Notes under the pieces: generated by a model | The model's database searches: none | The model's input: only the letters and a program-made list of their open reading frames with translations | Told to the model about the DNA's origin: nothing | Made by a program: the position numbers and the translations under genes | Assembly: GCA_964574895.1 (NCBI GenBank) | Contig: CAZNPB010000004.1 | Location: forward strand, 11,468 to 75,467 | Direction of reading: 5' to 3' | Origin: an uncultured Eubacteriales bacterium | Lineage (GTDB): Bacteria > Acidobacteriota > Aminicenantia > Aminicenantales > Saccharicenantaceae | Length of the DNA stretch: 64,000 nucleotides | Part shown: positions 52,083 to 59,834 of the stretch, in pieces | How the letters are laid out: every line of letters begins with the position of its first letter | How positions within the stretch are numbered: position 1 is the first letter of the stretch

Positions 52083-53624
52083 CTAGCGCATCGAGGCGCG
52101 GCGGATGACGACCGGCTCGAGGGGCTTGTGCATGGCCATCTTCCGGTCGGCGCCTTCCCAGCGCTCCTCGACCGGAACGGCGGCGACGCGCTCGAGGACG
52201 TCGAAGCCCTCGACGATCCGTCCGAACACCGTGTACCGGCCGTCGAGATGGGGCCGCGGCGCGACGCAGACGTAGATCTCCGAGTCGCCGCTCCATTCGT
52301 CGCCGACCCGGCCGAGCCCGAGCGTCCCGACGAGGTGGGGCCGGGTGTTGAACTCGGGCGGCAGCGGCGGCGCGTCCCCGCCGCCGGCCTGGATGACATG
52401 GCCCCGGACGACCCGGTAGAAGTCCTTGCCGTCGTAGAAGCCCTTCCGGACCAGCTCCTCGAACCGGGCCGCCGTCCGAGGGGCGTCCTCCGCGTAGAGC
52501 TCGAAGGCCATGGTCCCGAGCGAGGTCTCCATGACGCACACCGGGGCCGCGGCGCGGAGCGTGTCGTGCCCGTAGCGGGCCCGGACCGCGGCCGGGTCGA
52601 CGACCGCGTGGCGGACGCGCCGCCGTTTCCAGGTGTAGGTCACGTGGACGAGCCCGTCCGCGCCCTGGATGACCGCCGGGTAGGAGAACTCCGCGCCCTT
52701 CTCTTCTTCCAGCGTCAGGGCCCGGGTCCAGTTCCGGCCGTCGTCGGACACGGCCAGGGCCAGGACGCCCCGGCCCTCGGTGACGGGATTGTAGGCCAGG
52801 ACATGCCGGCCGTCGCGGAGGGTCACGGCGTCGATCCCCGCGTTGGGATTGGGAAAGACCGTCGGGGCCGGCGTCGACCAGGTCGCGCCGCCGTCGCCGC
52901 TGCGGCTTTCGTAGATCCGCCCCGCGTCGCTCCGCATCAGGGCGACGAGGCCGCCGCCGGCCGTCCTCAACAAGGCCGGCTGGATGAGCCCGGGCTTGGC
53001 GCCTTCGCCGAGGGGCGGCGTCGCCGTCCAGGTCTTCCCGCCGTCGCGGGTCGTCTCGAAGCGGACCCGCCAGCCGCTCGCCTCGGTCGAGCTGCCGCAG
53101 AGCAGGGCGCCGTCCGCGAGCTCGAGCGGATGGTTCTTGACCGGCCCGACGAACCCGGCGGGCAACGCCTCCGGGGCCGTCCAGGTCCGGCCGTCGTCGG
53201 TCGAGCGCATGATCAGGCCGCGCCACCGCGCCGGGTCCGGGCCCGACTTATAGAACAGGAGGAGAGGCCCCTTCTCGGGGCGGAAAAGGACGGGGTTCCA
53301 ACACGGCTCCGGCGTCCCGTCCGCGGTCGCGCCCCGGGCCACCTCGACCGGCGCCGTCCAGCCTCCGGCCTCGCGCCGCGAGAGCCAAATGCCGACGTCG
53401 GCCCGCCCTTCGGCCGAGCCGCCGAACCAGGCCGCCGCCAGCCCCGACGGCGTCTCGACGACGGTCGAGGCATGACACTGGGCGAACGGCGCCTCGGCGA
53501 AGATGTCCTCGCTCCGGACGGCCGCTCCCGGCGTCCGGGAGGCCCCGCCGCCGCAGCCGGCGATGAGCACGGCCGCCAGGACGGCCGCGCCCCACGCGAG
53601 CGAGGCGCTACTTGAGCGTCGCAA
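52083..53624 (-). CDS. BNR/sialidase-family domain fused to cyclophilin-type peptidyl-prolyl isomerase; lipoprotein
   Basis: 513 aa (TTG start). Lipobox LIAGC. Asp-boxes STDDGRTWT, TRDGGKTWT, SGDGGATWS, SDDGRNWT. C-terminal GFYDGKDFYRVVRGHVIQAGG...YTVFGRIVEG. Confidence 0.8.
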   Translation of the reverse strand: MRRSSSASLAWGAAVLAAVLIAGCGGGASRTPGAAVRSEDIFAEAPFAQCHASTVVETPSGLAAAWFGGSAEGRADVGIWLSRREAGGWTAPVEVARGATADGTPEPCWNPVLFRPEKGPLLLFYKSGPDPARWRGLIMRSTDDGRTWTAPEALPAGFVGPVKNHPLELADGALLCGSSTEASGWRVRFETTRDGGKTWTATPPLGEGAKPGLIQPALLRTAGGGLVALMRSDAGRIYESRSGDGGATWSTPAPTVFPNPNAGIDAVTLRDGRHVLAYNPVTEGRGVLALAVSDDGRNWTRALTLEEEKGAEFSYPAVIQGADGLVHVTYTWKRRRVRHAVVDPAAVRARYGHDTLRAAAPVCVMETSLGTMAFELYAEDAPRTAARFEELVRKGFYDGKDFYRVVRGHVIQAGGGDAPPLPPEFNTRPHLVGTLGLGRVGDEWSGDSEIYVCVAPRPHLDGRYTVFGRIVEGFDVLERVAAVPVEERWEGADRKMAMHKPLEPVVIRRASMR

Positions 53625-54702
53625 GGTAGTTCCCCGCCCCGACGACGACAGTCGACAGGATCAGGACGGCGATCCCGGCCACGACCAGCCGGCGCGTCGG
53701 CCGGCCCGTCGCCTTCCACTCGTGGAAATAGATGCCCCACAGGCTGCTGAAGGTGATGATGAAGGCCATGTGGATGGTCCAGCTGGAGAAATCGTAGCGG
53801 CCCATCTGGGTCGTGCCCATGCCGTAGAAGAAGAATTGGAAGTACCACGTCGTCCCGGCCAGGGCGGACCAGACGTAATTGGAGAGGAGCGACGGCCTCG
53901 GCTTGACCGGCGCCGTCCCGCTCCCCGCCGGCTCGGCCGGCCGCACCCGGCCGTAATCGCGCCAGGACCGGTTCCTGAAGCTCAGGGCCGCGCACCAGAC
54001 GGCGTTGGTCGTGAAGCCCCCGAGCAGGGCGACGATCATGACCGGGAAGTTCTGGAAGATGGGCCGGGCCCCGGCCGCGACGGCCGCTTCGGCGATGGGC
54101 TTTCCGGCCGCGAAGGCGAAGGCCATGCACGAGCTCATGATGCCCGCGAACACGGCCACCCAGGCCCCCTTGACGAAGCTGAACTCGGCGATGGCCGCTT
54201 TCTTCTCGGCCTCGGAGAGCTCCCTCTCCTTCCTCATGCCGGCCCGGCCGCACATGGCGATGCCCGTGAGGCAGACGGCGATGCCCAGGACGACGACGAG
54301 CCCGGAGGTCGTCGAGACGAGGGCGGCGATCCGCCCCTCGAAGACGGGCGGCACGAGCGTCCCGAAGACGGCGCAGAAGCCGAGCGACAGGGCCATCCCC
54401 AGCGACAGCCCGAGGTAGCGCATGCTCAAGCCGAAGGTCAGCCCGCCGACGCCCCACAGGACGCCGAAAAGATAGGTCCAGAGCAGCGTCTTGGGCGACG
54501 CCGAACGGATCACCGCGGCCACGCCCGGGCAGGTCAGCAGGCCGACGACCCAGGGCACGATGATCCAGCTGAAGAAGCCGCCGACGAGCCAGTAAACCTC
54601 CCAGGCCCAGCCGCGGACGTTCTTATAAGGGATGTAGAAGCTCCCGGCGGCGAAGCCGCCCAGGGCATGCAGCATAACGCCCAAAAAGGGATTGGGATTC
54701 AT
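53608..54702 (-). CDS. rhaT: L-rhamnose/H+ symporter family transporter
   Basis: 364 aa. FYIPYKNVRGWAWEVYWLVGG, MRYLGLSLG and WYFQFFFYG blocks are collinear with my recalled E. coli RhaT sequence. Confidence 0.85.
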   Translation of the reverse strand: MNPNPFLGVMLHALGGFAAGSFYIPYKNVRGWAWEVYWLVGGFFSWIIVPWVVGLLTCPGVAAVIRSASPKTLLWTYLFGVLWGVGGLTFGLSMRYLGLSLGMALSLGFCAVFGTLVPPVFEGRIAALVSTTSGLVVVLGIAVCLTGIAMCGRAGMRKERELSEAEKKAAIAEFSFVKGAWVAVFAGIMSSCMAFAFAAGKPIAEAAVAAGARPIFQNFPVMIVALLGGFTTNAVWCAALSFRNRSWRDYGRVRPAEPAGSGTAPVKPRPSLLSNYVWSALAGTTWYFQFFFYGMGTTQMGRYDFSSWTIHMAFIITFSSLWGIYFHEWKATGRPTRRLVVAGIAVLILSTVVVGAGNYLATLK

Positions 54703-54845
54703 GGCGCCTCCACGAGTCCCGGACTATATCGCCCCCCCGCCGGCGAAGTCAACCGGCGTCGCCTTGACCGGCCCTTCGCCAAGGACTACGATGGGGCCGG
54801 CCGGTCACGCGGGGCGGATCGGAGGGCCTGTACGGGGGGTGGAGC

Positions 54846-56534
54846 ATGCGCTCGAACGGGGATCGTCGCGTATTCGGTCTGTTCCTCGCCTTTGCGGCGC
54901 TGACGGCGTCCTGCGCCGGCCCGGCGGCCCGGGGGGACGCCGATCTCGCCCGCCGGGCCCGGGACCTCTTCGGCCGGCTGCCCGCGGTCATGGCCGCGGC
55001 CGAAAATCCGGTCACGCCCGACAAGGTCGCCCTGGGCCGGATGCTCTTCTTCGAAAGCCGCATTTCGGTCGACGGCACCGTCAGCTGCGCGCGCTGTCAT
55101 CCGCCGGGGCTCTACGGGGCCGACGGCCTGGCCAAGTCCGTGGGCGACCGCTGCCGAACGAGCCCCCGCAACGCGCCGACCGTCCTCAACGCCGCCGGCC
55201 AGATCGCGGCCCATTGGGTCGGCAACAGGACGAGCGTCGAGGACCAGGCCCGGCAATCGCTCGTCGGGGCGCCGAGCTTCGGCCTGCCGTCCTATGAAGC
55301 GGCGGAGACCCGGCTGAAAAGCATTCCCGGATATGAGGCCCTGTTCGAGCGGGCCTTCCCGGGCGATCCCCGGCCGGTGACGGCCGCGAATTTCGCCCTG
55401 GCGGTCGGCGCCTTCGAAAGAACGCTCGTCACGCCGGCGCCGTTCGACGCGTTCCTCGACGGGGACGGGAAGAGCCTGGACGACCCCGCCAAGCGCGGTT
55501 TGGAGGACTTCATCGGGACCGGCTGCGCGAACTGCCACGCCGGCCCGTACCTGGGCGGCCGGAGCTACGAGAAATTCGGCGTCTTCGAGCCCTACTGGGA
55601 GCGGACCGCCGGTCCGGAGATCGACGAGGGCCGCTACGGGGTCACGAAGGACGAGGCGGACAAATACGTGTTCAAAGTGCCCGTCTTGCGCAACGTCCGG
55701 ATGACGGCCCCCTATTTCCATGACGGGTCGGTCGGCCGGCTGGACGACGCCGTCGGGATCATGGCCCGGGTGCAGCTGGGGACGGACCTGGACCGGGCCC
55801 GGGCCGGGGGGATCGTCCTGTTCCTGGAGGCGCTGACCGGCCGCGTCCCCGCCGGCGCGCTCGAAGCGCCCGTCTTGCCGGCGGGCGCGGCCGCTCCGGG
55901 GCCGGACCCGGCGCCGAGCCAAGATCCGGGACCCGCGGCCGGAGCGGGGCTTTCGCCGAACGAGGACCTGCTGCAGGAGCACGCGCTGCTGTCCCGCGTC
56001 CTGCTCGTTTACGAAGAGACCGTCCGTCGCCTGGAGGGCGGGGCCGTCGCCGATCCGGAAGTCCTCGGACAGGCGGCCGGCATCGTCCGCCGGTTCGTCG
56101 AGGACTACCATGAGGCGCTCGAGGAGCGGCACGTCTTCCCGCGTTTCGATCGGGCCGGCCCCTTCGGCGGACTGGTGCGCGTCCTGCTCGACCAGCATCG
56201 CGCCGGCCGCGTCCTGACCGGCCGGATCATCGGCCGGGCGAACGCCGCCGCCTTCGGCGACCCGGCCGGCCGCCGGGCCCTCGTCGAGGACATCCGGGCC
56301 TTCATCCGCATGTACAGGCCGCACGCCGCCCGCGAGGGCTCGGTCCTCTTCCCGGCCTTCCGCCAGCTCCTGCCGGAGAAGGAGTTCCTGGCGCTCGGGG
56401 ACGATTTCGAGGCCGCCGAACACCGGACGCTGGGGGCCCAAGGCTTCGAAGGCCAGGTCGCCGTCGTCGCCGGTCTGGAAGATCGCCTCGGCATCGCCGA
56501 CTTGGCGCGGTTCACGCCGGCCGGCGGGGTTTGA
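54846..56534 (+). CDS. di-heme cytochrome c peroxidase fused to a hemerythrin-like (HHE) domain
   Basis: 562 aa. CARCH and CANCH heme sites. PYFHDGS. C-terminal LLQEHALL...DYHEALEERHVFP...RPHAAREGSVLFP. Confidence 0.8.
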   Translation: MRSNGDRRVFGLFLAFAALTASCAGPAARGDADLARRARDLFGRLPAVMAAAENPVTPDKVALGRMLFFESRISVDGTVSCARCHPPGLYGADGLAKSVGDRCRTSPRNAPTVLNAAGQIAAHWVGNRTSVEDQARQSLVGAPSFGLPSYEAAETRLKSIPGYEALFERAFPGDPRPVTAANFALAVGAFERTLVTPAPFDAFLDGDGKSLDDPAKRGLEDFIGTGCANCHAGPYLGGRSYEKFGVFEPYWERTAGPEIDEGRYGVTKDEADKYVFKVPVLRNVRMTAPYFHDGSVGRLDDAVGIMARVQLGTDLDRARAGGIVLFLEALTGRVPAGALEAPVLPAGAAAPGPDPAPSQDPGPAAGAGLSPNEDLLQEHALLSRVLLVYEETVRRLEGGAVADPEVLGQAAGIVRRFVEDYHEALEERHVFPRFDRAGPFGGLVRVLLDQHRAGRVLTGRIIGRANAAAFGDPAGRRALVEDIRAFIRMYRPHAAREGSVLFPAFRQLLPEKEFLALGDDFEAAEHRTLGAQGFEGQVAVVAGLEDRLGIADLARFTPAGGV

Positions 56535-56558
56535 CCCCCTGTCCCGTTTCTATTAGCA
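56530..56558 (+). promoter_or_regulatory. promoter (TTGACC-17-TAGCAT) of the POT-peptidase operon
   Basis: GGGGTTTGACCCC context. TTGACC 56530-56535, TAGCAT 56553-56558. Confidence 0.5.
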
Positions 56559-56578
56559 TAGCCGCGAAAGGCGGCCCT

Positions 56579-57868
56579 ATGCTGAAGGAACACCCCCGCG
56601 CCTTGGCCTATATCTTCTTCACCGAGATGTGGGAGCGGGTCGGCTTCTACACCCTGATGGCCATCCTGGTCCTCTACATGGACCGGGTCCTGGGCTGGTC
56701 CGACGCCCGCAAAGGAGACCTCTACGGGCTCTTCCTGGCCCTCTGCTATTTCGTGCCGCTCCTCGGCGGCTGGCTCGGCGACAAGCTCGTCGGGCAGATC
56801 CGGACGGTCCGGGCCGGCGCCTTCCTCATGGCCCTCGGCTACGTCGGGCTGGCCGTCTCCGGCCCGGGGCGCGTCGTCCCCTTCTACGCCGGCCTGTTCC
56901 TGATCGGCGTGGGCACGGGGCTGTTCAAGGTCAACATGGCCGTCCTGGTCGGCAACCTCTATGCCGGCAAGCCCGGGCTCAAGGACGCCGGGTACAACAT
57001 CTTTTATATGGGCGTCAACTTGGGGGCCATGGTCGCTCCGCTGCTGGCCACCCTGAACAACGTCGTCTTCCACAGCTATAACCTGTCGTTCTGGATCGCC
57101 GCGGCCGGCCTGGCCCTGGCCCTGATCGTCTGGCGCGCCGGCGAGCCGAAGCTGCGGCCCTTCGACGGCAAGTTGGGGGCCGGAGGAGGAGCCGCCGCGG
57201 CCGTCCCGGCGGGCGTCCCGGCGGCCGTCGGCAAGCGGGAGGAGCGCCAGCGCATCGCCACCCTGGTCACGCTCTTCCTCATCGTCATCTTCTTCTGGGT
57301 CGCCTTCTACCAGAATTTCTTCGGCCTGACCCTCTTCGCCGAGCGCTCGACGCTGGTCCTCAAGTGGCTCCGGCCCGAGACCTACCAGTTCTTCGAGCCC
57401 TTCTTCATCCTGGCCCTGACCCCGCTCCTCCTGGCCCTGTTCGGCCGCCTGAACCGGAGCGGGCGGGAGCCGTCGACGCCGGTCAAGATCCTGCTCGGCA
57501 TGGTCATCATGAGCCTGGCCATGATGGTCATGGTCTGGGCCTCGCTCGCCGGCGGCGACCACGACCGCAACATCATGTCCCCGGGCTGGCTGGTCGGGTC
57601 CTATTTCCTGATCACCCTGGCCGAGATCCTCATCTCGCCCATGGGCCAATCGTTCGTTTCCAAGGTCGCCCCGCCGCGCATCGCCGGGCTGATGATGGGC
57701 GGCTGGTTCGCCGCGACGGCCGCCGGCAGCTACGGCAGCGGGCTGCTCGGCAAATCGTACAGCCGGCTGGCCCACCACCAGTACTTCCTCTTCCTGGCCG
57801 GCCTCATGGTCCTGTCCGCCGCCCTGGCGGCCGTCTTCATCAAGAAACTGCGGCGCTTCGCCGCCTGA
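56579..57868 (+). CDS. proton-dependent oligopeptide transporter (POT/PTR2 family)
   Basis: ORF track 56531..57868, trimmed to ATG 56579. FFTEMWERVGFYTLMAILVLYM and GGWLGDK PTR2 signatures. Confidence 0.85.
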   Translation: MLKEHPRALAYIFFTEMWERVGFYTLMAILVLYMDRVLGWSDARKGDLYGLFLALCYFVPLLGGWLGDKLVGQIRTVRAGAFLMALGYVGLAVSGPGRVVPFYAGLFLIGVGTGLFKVNMAVLVGNLYAGKPGLKDAGYNIFYMGVNLGAMVAPLLATLNNVVFHSYNLSFWIAAAGLALALIVWRAGEPKLRPFDGKLGAGGGAAAAVPAGVPAAVGKREERQRIATLVTLFLIVIFFWVAFYQNFFGLTLFAERSTLVLKWLRPETYQFFEPFFILALTPLLLALFGRLNRSGREPSTPVKILLGMVIMSLAMMVMVWASLAGGDHDRNIMSPGWLVGSYFLITLAEILISPMGQSFVSKVAPPRIAGLMMGGWFAATAAGSYGSGLLGKSYSRLAHHQYFLFLAGLMVLSAALAAVFIKKLRRFAA

Positions 57869-57883
57869 TCGGAGAGGACGCTC

Positions 57884-59068
57884 ATGACCCTCATTCAGGA
57901 AAAGATCCGGCAGGCCGCCGGGCTCCTCCGGGAGTTCGGCCTCGACGCCTGGATCACCTTCACCCGCGAGAGCGAGATCTGCGGCGATCCGACGCTCGTC
58001 TTCCTGGCCCCCGGCCCCGTCACCTGGCACTCGGCCTTCGTCGTCGCGGCCGACGGCCGGACCCGGGCCATCGTCGGCCTCTACGACCGGAAGGCGGTCG
58101 AGGAAACGGGCGCTTACGACAAGGTCGTCGGCTACGTCACCGGGATCAAGGAGCCGCTCCTCGAATGCCTCAAGGAGATCGGCCCGCAAACCATTGCCGT
58201 CAATTTCTCCGAGACGAGCGAGATCTGCGACGGCCTGACCCACGGCATGTACCTGACCCTGCGCCGCTTCCTGGCCGAGGCCGGGATGGCCGACCGCCTG
58301 GTCTCGGCCGAACCGGTCGTCTCCGCCCTGCGCGAGCGCAAGTCGGCGGCCGAGATCGGCTGGACGAGGGAGGCCGTCCGGGCGACCGAGGAGATCTACG
58401 ACCTGGCCGCCGGGTCCATCGCCCCGGGCCGGACCGAGAGCGAGATCGCCGCCTTCATCCTGGCCGAGGTCGACCGCCGCGGCCTGGTCACAGCCTGGCC
58501 CCGGGCCACCTGCCCGTCCGTCTTCACCGGACCGGACACGGCCCAGGCCCATTACGGACCGACCGGCCGGACCGTCCGCCCCGGCCACGTCCTGAACATG
58601 GACTTCGGGGTCAAGGTCGGGGGCTACTGCTCGGACATGCAGCGGACCTTCTACGTCCGGGCCCCCGGCGAGGCCGCCGCGCCCGACGACGTCATGAAGG
58701 GCTTCCGGACCATCGTCCGGGCCGTCGAGGAGTCGCGGCGGGCCATGCGGCCGGGCGTCGAGGGCCGGGCCGTCGACGCCGTGGCCCGCTCGATCGTGGT
58801 CGAGGCCGGCTACGACGAGTTCCCCCACGCCCTCGGCCACCAGGTCGGGCGCTTCGCCCACGACGGCACGGCCCTGCTCGGCCCCGCTTGGGAGAAGTAC
58901 GCCCGGAAACCCTTCCGCAAGCTCGAGGAGGGCATGGTCTTCACCCTCGAGCCGCGCCTGACCGTGCCCGGCCGCGGCGTCGTCACCATCGAGGAGATGG
59001 TCGTCGTCACCGCGGACGGCGCCGGATGGCTGGGCCGGCCGCAGACGGACCTGATCCTGGCGGGCTAG
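57884..59068 (+). CDS. M24-family Xaa-Pro aminopeptidase/dipeptidase
   Basis: 394 aa. SD GGAGAGGA. Pita-bread motifs DFGVKVGGYCSDMQRT, HALGHQVG, FTLEP, IEEMVVVT. Confidence 0.85.
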   Translation: MTLIQEKIRQAAGLLREFGLDAWITFTRESEICGDPTLVFLAPGPVTWHSAFVVAADGRTRAIVGLYDRKAVEETGAYDKVVGYVTGIKEPLLECLKEIGPQTIAVNFSETSEICDGLTHGMYLTLRRFLAEAGMADRLVSAEPVVSALRERKSAAEIGWTREAVRATEEIYDLAAGSIAPGRTESEIAAFILAEVDRRGLVTAWPRATCPSVFTGPDTAQAHYGPTGRTVRPGHVLNMDFGVKVGGYCSDMQRTFYVRAPGEAAAPDDVMKGFRTIVRAVEESRRAMRPGVEGRAVDAVARSIVVEAGYDEFPHALGHQVGRFAHDGTALLGPAWEKYARKPFRKLEEGMVFTLEPRLTVPGRGVVTIEEMVVVTADGAGWLGRPQTDLILAG

Positions 59069-59069
59069 G

Positions 59070-59810
59070 ATGCGGGAGAGATACCCCGGAACGAGGAAGC
59101 TGGCCCGCGTCGCTCTGCCGGCCGCCCTGCTCGTCTTCCTGGCTTCGCTCTTCCTCCGCCACCGCCTGCCGGACCCGGGGCTGATCCTGGAGCCGCTCCG
59201 TCAGGATCCCGTTCAGACCGACACCGGCGTGCCGGGGCCGTTCGAGGTCGAGCGCCGGGGCTTCACCTACACGGTGACGCCCCTCTTCGCCTACGAGCTC
59301 TGGGGCCTCGTCGTCTCCTACCATCACGCCTCGTCCTTCGTCGACATCTCCCACCGGCAGTGGAACGACTACCTGAACACCAAGGACCTCTGCGTCCTCT
59401 GGGGCCGGAACGTCGAGACGGGCGTCTACAAGCGGATGACCTTCCGCAACCGCGATTTCACCTGCTACTACCGCTACCCCGACCGCGAGACCTACGAGCT
59501 GTTCACCGAGAGCGCCCTGTCGAACAACCACATCCTGCCGGCCGACGCGCGGGTCGCCGAAGCCGTGCGCCGGGCCCGGACGGGCGACCAGGTCCGCTTC
59601 AAGGGCTGGCTCGTCTCCTACGGCCTCAAGGACGCGCCCTACGCCCGCGGCTCCAGCACCGTCCGCTCCGACCGCGGCAACGGCGCCTGCGAGGTCGTCT
59701 ACGTCACCGAGTTCGAGGTCCTGCGGGCCGCCAACTCCGTCTGGCGGACGCTCCACGGCCTGTCGCTCGTCCTGGCCGCGGCGGCCCTGGCCGTCCTGAT
59801 CTTCGTTTGA
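59070..59810 (+). CDS. membrane-anchored hypothetical protein (N- and C-terminal TM)
   Basis: 246 aa. The ATG is 1 nt after the peptidase stop. No family recognised. Confidence 0.7.
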   Translation: MRERYPGTRKLARVALPAALLVFLASLFLRHRLPDPGLILEPLRQDPVQTDTGVPGPFEVERRGFTYTVTPLFAYELWGLVVSYHHASSFVDISHRQWNDYLNTKDLCVLWGRNVETGVYKRMTFRNRDFTCYYRYPDRETYELFTESALSNNHILPADARVAEAVRRARTGDQVRFKGWLVSYGLKDAPYARGSSTVRSDRGNGACEVVYVTEFEVLRAANSVWRTLHGLSLVLAAAALAVLIFV

Positions 59811-59834
59811 CGGCCGGCGGCGCTTTGGTCTAGA

